A stretch of DNA of 64,000 nucleotides from Candidatus Stammera capleta (GCA_036689395.1 CP144813.1:9252-73251), one strand, 5' to 3'. Positions 1 to 10,756 are shown, numbered from the stretch's first letter. The notes: generated by a model from the sequence alone, not told the origin. Made by a program: numbers and translations.

Positions 1-274
1 TAACTATTTAAAACAAAAAAATAAATAGTTAAATTAGTCTATAAATAATTTATTATAGATATAGACACTCTATAATATTTCTCTTTTAAATTTTACATTT
101 TTTATATATCTAAAGAGATAAAAACAATATAAAAAACGACTTTACAGTTTTTAAGCTGCTAAAGCATAATTGTTGTTATTTGCAACTATTATTTACGGTT
201 TTTAACGCGGCCAACCGTTACCTCGACATGATCAATTAAAATTTGTATATTTTGTCAAATCCAAAAACAACCCC
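1..274 (-). ncRNA. ssrA: tmRNA (SsrA), 5' part only; the 3' T-arm and acceptor lie beyond the window start
   Basis: The minus-strand read from 274 starts GGGGTTGTTTTTGGATTTGAC, colinear with the E. coli tmRNA 5' end GGGGCTGATTCTGGATTCGAC. It continues with CGAGG..GGTTGGCCGCGTTAAAAACCG (PK1 region) and a tag frame GCA AAT AAC AAC AAT TAT GCT TTA GCA GCT TAA (183 down to 151), which reads ANNNNYALAA. It sits directly downstream of smpB, as in E. coli. Confidence 0.85.
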
Positions 275-322
275 TTATTTAATAATTAATTTATTTTAAA
301 TTAAATTATATATTTTTATTTT

Positions 323-757
323 TTAAAAATCAATATTTTTTTTTTTTCACATCTTATCTATTATATATTTTTTTTTATTATATTTTTTTTTACCTTTACA
401 TAAACCTATTACTATTTTTATTCATATTTTGTTTAATTTTATTGATATTGGTATTATTGTATATCCTTTATTATTTAATTTATTAGATAAATATTGTATT
501 TCTTTTTTTTTAAGTAATATTTTTATATCTTTTTTTTTTTCTTTTAAATTGTTAATTTTATAATTATTTATATTATAATTTGTTAAATATATATTTTTTT
601 TTTTAATTTTAATATAGCTGTTTTTTATATCTATTTCTTTTTTTTTAATTAATTTTACCTGCCACCCTTTTAATATTATTCCTGCTGTTATTTTTTTTTT
701 AATATTATAATTTAAATATATTTTTTTATTTATTATATCTCTTTTTTTTTTTTTCAT
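323..757 (-). CDS. smpB: SsrA-binding protein SmpB, 144 aa, with in-frame TGA=Trp at 422-424 and 347-349
   Basis: Track ORF 422..757 (AGIILKGWQVK..GYTIIPISIKL) matches the SmpB core and stops at TGA. Reading TGA as Trp continues in frame to TAA at 323-325. This restores the basic C-terminal tail WIKIVIGLCKGKKKY..DKMWKKK, compared with E. coli WCKVKIGVAKGKK..EREWQVDK. Confidence 0.9.
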
Positions 758-854
758 TTATTTATTTTAATTGTTAATATTTTTATTTTATTATAATCTA
801 ATATAGTATATATTTTAATTTTTTTTGAAAAAATAAATATTTATAGGAATTATT

Positions 855-1448
855 ATGAATAATAAAAATAAAAAAATAGATAATTTAGAAGAAAGTAATA
901 AAAATATAGATAATATTAATTTATTAAATAATAAAATTAAAAATTTAAATGAAGAATTAGATTTAAAAAATAGTAATTTGAGTATTTTAAAAAAAAAAAT
1001 ATCTGATTTAAAAAAGAAAATTTATAATATTAATTTACGTTATAGTGCAGATATTGATAATATTAATAAACGTAATGAAAAAAATAATAAGAAAATATAT
1101 AAATATTGTTTAGAAAAATTTATGTTTGATCTTTTACCTATAATTGATAATTTAAAACATGCTTTGAAAAATTTAAAGAATAAAAAAATAGATATTAATA
1201 TTACTTATGAAGGTATAAATTTAATTTTAAAAGATTTTATTTCTACTATTAAAAAATTTGGTGTATCTATTATAAATAAAATAAATGTTCCATTTAATCC
1301 TAATTATCATCAAGCTATGGTTGTATTAAATTCTGATAAAAAAGATAAAGATAATTTTGTAGAAGATATTTTGCAAGAAGGTTATATATTAAATAATAGA
1401 TTATTAAGACCTGCTATGGTAAAAGTTATTAAATATATTAATAAATAA
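855..1448 (+). CDS. grpE: nucleotide exchange factor GrpE
   Basis: Single track ORF. The C-terminal half (FDLLPIIDNLKHAL, NPNYHQAM, GYILNNRLLRPAMVKV) matches conserved GrpE blocks. It ends in TAA. Confidence 0.9.
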   Translation: MNNKNKKIDNLEESNKNIDNINLLNNKIKNLNEELDLKNSNLSILKKKISDLKKKIYNINLRYSADIDNINKRNEKNNKKIYKYCLEKFMFDLLPIIDNLKHALKNLKNKKIDINITYEGINLILKDFISTIKKFGVSIINKINVPFNPNYHQAMVVLNSDKKDKDNFVEDILQEGYILNNRLLRPAMVKVIKYINK

Positions 1449-1490
1449 CTTGTTTTTTTTTTTTTAATTTGTTAAACTTTTTATAATATA

Positions 1491-1562
1491 GGCCCTTTAG
1501 CTCAGTGGCAGAGCAGGCGACTCATAATCGCTTGGTCATTGGTTCGAATCCAATAGGGGCCA
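1491..1562 (+). tRNA. ileX: tRNA with anticodon CAT, most likely tRNA-Ile2 (lysidine type); no encoded CCA
   Basis: GGCCCTTTAGCTCAGTGGCAGAGCAGGCGACTCATAATCGCTTGGTCATTGGTTCGAATCCAATAGGGGCCA folds as a cloverleaf. Its acceptor, D arm and anticodon arm are almost identical to E. coli ileX (GGCCCCTTAGCTCAGTGG..GCAGGCGACTCATAATCGCTTGGTC). Confidence 0.8.
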
Positions 1563-2027
1563 TATTTTATAATTGTTATTATTTATTTAAATAATATTTA
1601 TTTATAGTTTTATTATTTTTAATAATATTTTTATTAAAATTTATATTTTTATATATTTTTATTTAATATTTTATTAATAATTTTAAATAATTTTTATTTA
1701 TTATTATAATTACTTTTTATTTTTTATTTTTAAAAAATATTTTTAGTATTTAATTATTTTTTATAACTTTTATTTTAATAATTTTTTATATTTTATATTA
1801 TTTTTTTTTATTTGTTATATTATTATAATTTTTATAATAATTTTTATTTATTTTTTATTATTTTATATGTATTAATTTAATATATTTTATATTTTTAATT
1901 AATTGTATATTATTTTTAATGGAGTATTTTATATATATAATAATTAAAATAAAAACTATTTTTTTAAATATTAGTTAATTTTTTTTATTTATATTATTTT
2001 TAAGTTAATTTTATATTATTTATTAAA

Positions 2028-2723
2028 TTATAAATATTTTTTAATTTTATTATGTTTTATAATAACTTTTTTTTTTAATATATCATTAAAATTATAGGAT
2101 TTTTTTATTGTAAATTCTCCTATTTTTGTTCTTTTTAAATTTAATATATATGCACCACATTTTAATTTTTTTCCTATATCATTTATTATACTTCTTATAT
2201 ATGTTCCTTTTGAGCATTTTATAGTTAATTTTATTATATTATTTTTTATTTTGTTTATATTTATTTTATATATATGTATATAATTTTTTTTTTTTATATT
2301 TATACCTTTAATTGCATATTTATATAAAGGTTTTCCTTTATATTTACATGCAGAATATATAGGTATATTTTGTAATATTTTTCCTTTATATTTATTTATT
2401 ATTTTATTTATTTTATTTTTTATATATTTATTTTTAATTTTTTTTTTTTTAATTATATATCCATAAGCATCATAAGTATTTGTTGTTTCTCCTAATTTTG
2501 CTGTTACTTTATATGTTTTTTTTTTTTTAATTATTTTATTAAATAATTTATTTGTTTTTCCAAAAGCTATTAATAATATACCTGAAGATATAGGATCTAA
2601 TGATCCTATATATCCTATTTTTTTGTTTTTTGTTATATTTTTTATTTTTTTTAATACATTATTTGAAGTTATACCTTGAGGTTTATTAAATACTAATAAA
2701 CCATTTTTTATATTATTTATCAT
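2028..2723 (-). CDS. truB: tRNA pseudouridine-55 synthase TruB
   Basis: Single ORF. The N-terminus GLLVFNKPQGITSN..KIGYIGSLDPISSGILLIAFGKTNK contains the TruB catalytic Asp motif. It lies downstream of rbfA, as in E. coli. Confidence 0.9.
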   Translation of the reverse strand: MINNIKNGLLVFNKPQGITSNNVLKKIKNITKNKKIGYIGSLDPISSGILLIAFGKTNKLFNKIIKKKKTYKVTAKLGETTNTYDAYGYIIKKKKIKNKYIKNKINKIINKYKGKILQNIPIYSACKYKGKPLYKYAIKGINIKKKNYIHIYKININKIKNNIIKLTIKCSKGTYIRSIINDIGKKLKCGAYILNLKRTKIGEFTIKKSYNFNDILKKKVIIKHNKIKKYL

Positions 2724-3081
2724 TATTTTTATTAATTTTATTTATTTTTTTATATAAATTATTTATTTTATCTAAAAAAGTATCATAAATAAAGTTTATT
2801 TTTATAAAATTTTTTATATAAATTTTTTTTTTAAGTTCTTTAACTATATTTATATTATTTTTTTTTAATTGATTTATATAATTATTTATAATTTTTTTTT
2901 TTTCTTTACTTATAAAATTTATATATATATCAATCTTGGAAATATCTTTTGATATAAATATATAATTTATATTAATAATATTTTTTTTTCTAAATATATA
3001 ATTATATTTAAAAAAAATAATTTTAGTAATTTGTTTTTTTATTTTTTTGATAATTTTATTGTATTTTATTTTTTTTTTCAT
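2713..3081 (-). CDS. rbfA: ribosome-binding factor A
   Basis: 122-aa ORF between infB and truB. The blocks ISKDISKIDIYINF and INFIYD line up with E. coli MSRDLAYAKVYVTF and LTFFYD. Its ATG overlaps the infB stop (TAATG). Confidence 0.75.
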   Translation of the reverse strand: MKKKIKYNKIIKKIKKQITKIIFFKYNYIFRKKNIININYIFISKDISKIDIYINFISKEKKKIINNYINQLKKNNINIVKELKKKIYIKNFIKINFIYDTFLDKINNLYKKINKINKNNDK

Positions 3082-4841
3082 TACTTTGATAAAATAATAT
3101 CTCCTATTTTAATTTTATAAAAATTTTTTACACTTATTCCACATTCCATATTATTTTTAGCTATTTTGATATTTTTTTTAAATTGTTTAATAGATTTAAT
3201 TTTTCCTTTAAAAATAATTTTTTTATTTCTTAATATATTTATATTATTATTTATATTTATTTCACCATTTATTATTTTACATCCTGCTATTATATTAAAT
3301 TTTGAAATTTTAAATATATTTTTTATTATTGCCTTTCCTAAATATTTATTTTTATTTTTTATTTTTTTTTTATTTTTTATTATTTTTTTTATTTTTTTAA
3401 ATAATTTATATATTATATTAAAAAAGTATATTTTTTTTTTAAAATTACTTATTTTTTCTTTAATTGAATTATCTATTTTAGAATTATATGATAGAATTAT
3501 TGAATTAGTTGTTTTAGATAATATTAGATCATTTTTATTAATATTACCTATTGAGTAATTTACTATATTTAGTTTATCTCTTACTTCTTTTTTTATTCAT
3601 TTTATTATTATGTTTAACGATCCATAATTATTACATTTAATAATAATATTTGTTTTATTTTTATTATCATTTTTAAATAAATTTATTATATTATATTTTA
3701 TATTATTATTATTATTATTATTATTAATTTTGTTTTTTTTAATTTCTATTATTTTTTTTGCTAATTTTATATTTTTAACAATTATAATTTTTTTACCTGC
3801 TAAATTTGTATTTGGTAATCCTAATATTTTTCCTGGTATTGAGGGTAATAATTTATTAATTTTATTATTATTATTATCATATATACATTTTATTTTTGAA
3901 TAATTATCATTATATATAACTATATAACTTTTTTTTATAATTCCTTTTTTTAATATAATGTAATTTATTGGGCCTTTTTTTTTATTTATACTAGATTCAA
4001 TTATCATTCCAGATGATATATTTTTATTTATATTAGTATTTAGATTTATTTTTTTTGATAATATTAAAATATATTTTTTTAATTTTTTTATTCCTTTTTT
4101 ATATTTTGTTGATATTTTTATAAATATATTTTTTTTTATTAAATTTAATTTATATTCAGAAATTTTTTTTTTAATTATTTTTATATTATATTTATAATTT
4201 ATTTTATCTATTTTATTTAAAACTATTATTACTGGAATATTATTTTTTTTAATATATTTAATTATTTCTTTAGTTTGATTCATAATTCCATCATCTATAG
4301 AAATTATTAATATAATTAAATCTGTTATTTTTAAACTATTTATTCTCATATCAGTAAATACTGAATGTCCTGGTGTATCTAATAATGTAAATTTAATATT
4401 TTTATTATTTATATAATATGCATTTATATTTTGAGTTATATTTCCTTTTTCTTTTATATTTATTTTTTTATTTAAACATTTTATTAATGATGTTTTTCCA
4501 TGATTAACATGCCCCATAATTGTAATTATGGGTGGTCTTAAATATTTTTTATTATTTTTATAATATTTTTTTATTTCTTTTATTATATCTATTTTATATT
4601 TTAGTATTTTATTATTTATTTTTTTTTTATTATTTTTTTTTAATATTTTTTTATTATTGATTTTATGTTTTTTTTTTAGTATTTTTTTATTTTTAAATAT
4701 TTTTTTATTTTTAAATATTTTTTTATTTTTAAATATTTTTTTATTTTTAAATATTTTTTTATTTTTAAATATTTTTTTATTTTTAAATATTTTTTTTTTA
4801 TTTAAAAACTTATTTTTTGTATATATTTTTTTTTTTAACAT
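3081..4841 (-). CDS. infB: translation initiation factor IF-2, 586 aa, one in-frame TGA=Trp at 3597-3599
   Basis: Track ORF 3597..4841 carries the GTPase motifs (GHVNHGKTSL, DTPGH, NKID). I translated 3081-3596 in the same frame and found no TAA or TAG. It ends ..YKIKIGDIILSK then TAA at 3081-3083. Confidence 0.92.
4681..4788. repeat. six perfect 18-bp tandem units (ATTTTTTTATTTTTAAAT on the + strand) inside the infB 5' region
   Basis: The units start at 4681, 4699, 4717, 4735, 4753 and 4771 and are identical, with degenerate copies flanking. They encode the (KKIFKN)n repeat seen in the IF-2 N-terminus. Confidence 0.9.
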
Positions 4842-4846
4842 TTTTT

Positions 4847-5910
4847 CTATTTATTATTATTGTTATTATTAATATTATTTATATTAATACTTGAAACATT
4901 AATTTCTAATCCTATTAATTTTGATGATAATTTTATGTTTTGCCCTTTTTTTCCTATTATTTGTGCTAAATTATTTAATTTTACATTTATTTTAATATTA
5001 TTTTTATTTTTATTAATTTTAAAATTAAATATTTTTATAGGATACATTATATTTGAAAGAAATTTTTTTATATTCTTATTTCATAAAATTATATCTATTT
5101 TTTCACCTAATAATTCATTAGATATTGCTTTTATTCTGGAACCTTTTATACCAACACATGCACCTATTGGATCTATTTTTTTATCTTTACTTATAACTGC
5201 TATTTTAGATCTTAATCCTGGTTTACGTGATATTGATTTTATTTTTATAATATTATTTTTTATTTCTGGTATTTCAATTTTTAATAATTCAATTAAAAAA
5301 TTTATTTTTGATCTTTGTATTAATATTTTATAATTATTTTTATATTCTTTATCTATATAATATATTAAACCTTTAATTTTTTTACCTATTTTTAATTTAT
5401 TTTTTAAAAATAAATCTTTATTTAATATTTTAGCTTCTAAATCATTTCCTATATCTATAATTATATATTTTTTATTTATTTTTTTTATAAATCCTATTAT
5501 TATTTTTTTTTTTTTTTTAATATTTTTTTAAAGTTTATTATTTTTTTTTCTTCTTTAATTTTTTGTATTATTATTTTTTTTATTTTTTGTGTAGTTATTC
5601 TATCAAAATTTATTTTTTTAATTTTTTTTTCTATAAATTCACCTATTTTAATATTTTTATTTTTAATAATTGCTTTTTTAAAATTTATTTCTTTATTGGG
5701 TTCTTTAACTTTTTTAACAACTATTCATCTTTTATATATATAAAATTTTCCAGATTTTTTATTTATATATATTCTTATATTTATTTTTTGTTCATATTTT
5801 TTTTTAATTACTGTATTTAAAGCATTTTCTAATACTTGAAAAACTTTTTTTTTAGATAAGGATTTTTCATTAGATAAAGCTTCTGCAACTGCTAAAATTT
5901 TTTTATTCAT
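4847..5910 (-). CDS. nusA: transcription termination/antitermination factor NusA; reading frame interrupted inside an A16 tract (5503-5518); lacks the enterobacterial C-terminal AR1/AR2 repeats
   Basis: The N-terminal piece (5910 down to 5503) reads MNKKILAVAEALSNEK..YKRW(TGA 5725-5727)IVV..FDRITTQ..IIQKIKEE. The downstream piece runs IIIGFIKKINKKYIIIDIGN..DPIGACVG..DIILW(TGA 5081-5083)N..LAQIIGKKGQNIKL to TAG at 4847-4849 and is offset by one nucleotide. Both halves align to E. coli NusA. Confidence 0.85.
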
Positions 5911-6055
5911 CTTAGCATATCTCCCAAAATTATATAAATTATTAAATAATTTTTTATGTTAATATTTAAATGATTTATTTTAGATTTTTAATAAATTATT
6001 TTATTATATATTACATATATTTAATTATAAAATATTATTTATTTAACATTGAGAA

Positions 6056-6142
6056 TACCGGGAACGGGATTTGAACCCGTAATTTATATATTATAAAACT
6101 ACTTTCTTAGAGTAGTGTGTTTACCAATTTCACCATCCCGGT
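6056..6142 (-). tRNA. leuU: type-II tRNA-Leu, anticodon AAG (loop CTAAGAA); no encoded CCA
   Basis: The minus-strand sequence is ACCGGGATGGTGAAATTGGTAAACAC-A-CTACT-CTAAGAA-AGTAG-(18-nt A/T variable arm)-ACGGGTTCAAATCCCGT-TCCCGGT-A. It is colinear with E. coli leuU (anticodon GAG) and sits next to secG, as leuU does. Confidence 0.8.
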
Positions 6143-6151
6143 TTAATTTTT

Positions 6152-6442
6152 TTATTTTAATTTATAATTATTTAATATTTTAATATTATTTATTTTATTA
6201 TTAATATTATTTATTTTAATGTTATTTATTAAATTTAATATAATAGATATTAAATAAAATAGTGTTATTAAAATTATTATTATTTTATCAAATGTATTTT
6301 TAATTAAATTTGATGTTATAATAGATTTATTATTATAATTTGTATATAATTCTAATATATTATTTTCGTTAGGATAAAAAATTATTGAAAATATTAAAAT
6401 AAAACAAACAATAATAAATATTATTGAAAATAATATATACAT
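6152..6442 (-). CDS. secG: preprotein translocase subunit SecG (probable)
   Basis: 96-aa ORF with two hydrophobic helices. The start MYILFSIIFIIV and the second helix TFDKIIIILITLFYLISIILNLIN resemble E. coli MYEALLVVFLIV and FMTRMTALLATLFFIISLVLGNIN. Its position between ftsH and the leuU-type tRNA matches E. coli. Confidence 0.65.
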   Translation of the reverse strand: MYILFSIIFIIVCFILIFSIIFYPNENNILELYTNYNNKSIITSNLIKNTFDKIIIILITLFYLISIILNLINNIKINNINNKINNIKILNNYKLK

Positions 6443-6484
6443 TTTTTCCTTTTTTTTTTAATTATTTTATTTTTATATATATAT

Positions 6485-8278
6485 TTAAATATTTATTTTT
6501 TTAAAATTTTGAAAAATTATTTTTTTTATTTGTTTTCTATTTAATGTTTCATATTTTATTAATTTTTTTTTCATTATGTGAAGAATATTTATATTTTTTA
6601 GTAATATTTTTTTTGCTATTAAATAATTTTTATCTATTATTTTTTTTATTTCTTTATCTATATTTTTTAATACATAATTTGATATGTATTTATTTTTATA
6701 ATTATTAAATATTTTATTTTCTTCATTATATGACAATGGTCCAATTTTTTTTGAAAAACCTCATTTTATTACCATATTTTTTGCTATTGATGTTGCTATT
6801 TTTATATCATTGCTTGATCCTATTGATATATTATTTTTTCCATATATAATTTCTTCTGCTAATCTACCTGCATATAGTGTAGAAATTTGGCTTTCTAATT
6901 TTTTTTTATTTATATTTATATTATCATCTTTTGGTAAAAAATAAGTTGTACCTAATGATTTACCTCTAGGAATTATTGTAATTTTATATACTTTATCATG
7001 ATTATGATTTTTAAGTAATTCTCCAACTATTGCATGTCCTGATTCATGATAAGCAAGTAATTCTTTTTGTTTTTTATTTATTAATAAAGATTTTCTTTTT
7101 ACCCCCATAATTATTTTATCTTTGGATTCTTCAAATTCATTCATAGATACATTTTTTTTATTATTTTTTGCTGCGTTTAAACAAGATTCATTTATTAAAT
7201 TAGCTAAATCTGCTCCTGAAAATCCTGGAGTGTTTTTTGCAATATTTTTAATATTTACATTTTTATTTAATGGTACTTTTTTTGTATGAAGTTTAATTAT
7301 TTTAATTCTTTCTTTTAAATTAGGTAAATCTATAATTATTTTTTTATTAAATCTTCCAGGTCTAGTTAATGCATTATCTAAAATATCTGGTCTATTTGTT
7401 GCTGCTATAACAATTATTCCTTTATTACTATTAAATCCATCCATTTCTACTAACATTTGATTTAATGTTTGTTCTCTTTCATCATTTCCATTATTTAATA
7501 ATGTACTTCTATGTTTACCTATAGCATCTATTTCATCTATAAATATTATACAAGGAGAATTTTTTTTTGCTTCATTAAACATATTTCTTACTCTTGATGC
7601 TCCTACTCCAACAAACATTTCTATAAAATCTGATCCAGATATATTATAAAATGGTACTTGAGCTTCTCAAGATATTGCTTTAGCTAATAAAGTTTTTCCA
7701 GTTCCTGGTGGTCCTATTATTAATATTCCTTTAGGAAATTTTCCTCCTAATTTTTTAAATTTATTAGGATTTTTTAAATATTCTATTATTTCATTTATAT
7801 CTTCTTTAGCTTCACTATATCCTGCTATATCTTTAAATGTTATTTTTTTATTATTTTTATTTAATATTTTTGCTTTATTTTCTTCAAAAAATATAGATTT
7901 TTTATTATTATATATTTTTTTTATAATAAAAATTCATATTATACTTATTATGATAATAGGTAATCATGATATTATTATTGATATAATAAAATTTGGTTCT
8001 TTTATTGAAATATTACTTATTTTGATATTTTTTTTTATAATTTTTTTTAGAAGACTTTTATTTTTTATTGGTATATATGTAATATATTTGTGTTTATTAT
8101 TTTTAGTTACTTTTATTTCTTTTCCATTTATTTTTATTTCCTTTATTTTATTATTTTTTATATCTGATAAGAAAGTATAATAATCTATTTTAGATATTTT
8201 TTTTTTAAATGTAAAATTATGAAATATAAATATAGTTATTACAAAAATTGTTAATCAAAAAAATATTTTTTTTATCAT
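6485..8278 (-). CDS. ftsH: ATP-dependent zinc metalloprotease FtsH, 597 aa, several in-frame TGA=Trp
   Basis: I translated the whole span in one frame: N-terminal [18 protein letters not shown](TGA)[26 protein letters not shown] and MVIKW(TGA 6761-6763)GFS. There is no TAA or TAG until 6485-6487. Confidence 0.95.
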
Positions 8279-8288
8279 ATATTTTAAT

Positions 8289-8893
8289 TTAATTGAATTT
8301 TTTATATTTTAAACCAATTATATATATTTCTTTTGAAAATTTATGTGAAGATTTAGGTTTATAAATTTTAATTATTTTAAATATATTTTTTATTTTTTTT
8401 AAAATATAAGAAAAATTTTCTCCTAAAAATACTTTTATTACAAAGTTACCATTTTTATATAATTTTTTTTTAATTAATATTATTATATTTTTAATTATAT
8501 TTTTAAATTTAGGATTATCTATTTCTTTAATACCTGAAATATTTGGTGATATATCTGATAAAATGGTATTAATTTTATATAATTTAGTTATTTTAATTAT
8601 TTTTTTTATTGTTTTATAATTACATATATTTCCTTTTATAAAATTTACTTTTTTTATTTTTTTCATTTTTAAAATATCACAACTAAATATTTTATTTATA
8701 TTTTTTATTTTTTTAGATAAAAATTTAGATCATCCTCCTGGATAAGATCCTAAATCTATTACATTATTATTTTTTTTAATTATTTTATATTTATTTTGTA
8801 TTTCTTTAATTTTAAACCAAGATCTTGATCTTAAATTTAATTTTTTTGCTATTTTTGTATATTTATTGTTTAATATAATTTTTTTTTTTTCAT
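8289..8893 (-). CDS. rlmE: 23S rRNA U2552 2'-O-methyltransferase RlmE (FtsJ); the only ATG (8891-8893) is out of frame across an A12 tract
   Basis: The frame containing track ORF 8289..8666 stays open upstream to 8930 and reads ..LRSRSWFKIKEIQ..VIDLGSYPGGW(TGA 8730-8732)SKF, which matches RlmE. That frame has no ATG, GTG or TTG. The ATG at 8891-8893 reads MKKKKLY then stop. One extra A in the tract 8879-8890 would join them. Confidence 0.8.
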
Positions 8894-8930
8894 TATTTTT
8901 TAAAAAGTTATTTTTTAAATAAATATATTT

Positions 8931-9197
8931 TTATATATTATATTTATTTATTATATTTATAAATTTTTTTTTTTTTTTTCCTTTGTTTTTAAATTCTACT
9001 TTTCCATTTTTTATTGCATATATTGTATAATCTTTTCCAATTTTTGTATTTATTCCTGCATAAAATTTTGTTCCTCTTTGTTTTACAATTATATTTCCAG
9101 AATATACATATTCTCCACCAAAATGTTTAACTCCTAATCTTTTTGAATGCGAATCTCTTCCATTTTTAGTTGACCCACCTGCTTTTTTATGTGCCAT
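8931..9197 (-). CDS. rpmA: 50S ribosomal protein L27
   Basis: [24 protein letters not shown] matches the L27 N-terminus. It lies downstream of rplU. Confidence 0.95.
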   Translation of the reverse strand: MAHKKAGGSTKNGRDSHSKRLGVKHFGGEYVYSGNIIVKQRGTKFYAGINTKIGKDYTIYAIKNGKVEFKNKGKKKKKFINIINKYNI

Positions 9198-9516
9198 TTT
9201 TTTTTCTTATATATTTAATTTTAATTTTTGTTAATTGTTGTCTATGACCATATTTTCTTTTATAATTTTTTCTTCTTTTAAATTTTATTATATTTATTTT
9301 TTTATTTTTTATATGTTTTAATATTTTAATTTTTATTGAAAATAATTTTATATCTTTTTTCTTATAAAATATATTTTTTTTATAAAATATTAATATAATA
9401 TTTTTGTTTTTTATAAGCATTTCTTTTTTGTTTTTTATATTTATTTTATCTATATATATATGTTTGTTTTTTTCAATTTTATATTGTTTTTTTTTTATTT
9501 TTATTATTGCATACAT
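9187..9516 (-). CDS. rplU: 50S ribosomal protein L21
   Basis: The protein starts [14 protein letters not shown] and ends ..[15 protein letters not shown], typical of L21. It overlaps the rpmA start by 11 nt. Confidence 0.9.
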   Translation of the reverse strand: MYAIIKIKKKQYKIEKNKHIYIDKINIKNKKEMLIKNKNIILIFYKKNIFYKKKDIKLFSIKIKILKHIKNKKINIIKFKRRKNYKRKYGHRQQLTKIKIKYIRKKNGT

Positions 9517-9599
9517 TTTAATATCACTTATTATATATATTTATATATATTTATTTTTTATATTATTAGTATTTTACAATATAATATTAATATAAATAA

Positions 9600-10724
<1,125 letters not shown>

Positions 10725-10756
10725 ACATATTAATTTATTTTTTAATTGTATATATT

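Noticed and set aside
4681-4788. The 18-bp tandem array considered as a possible CRISPR or other spacer-repeat locus.
   Set aside because: The units are directly adjacent with no spacers. They lie in frame within infB and encode a peptide repeat.
3166-5820. Plus-strand track ORFs 3166..3558, 4657..4872, 4860..5333 and 5563..5820 (F/I/L-rich proteins).
   Set aside because: They lie antisense to infB and nusA, which have clear homology. Their F/L/I-rich composition is what the complement of K/N/I-rich A+T coding sequence produces, and they carry no recognisable motifs.
7950-9595. Plus-strand ORFs 7950..8180 and 9404..9595.
   Set aside because: They are antisense to ftsH and rplU respectively and are low-complexity hydrophobic artefacts.
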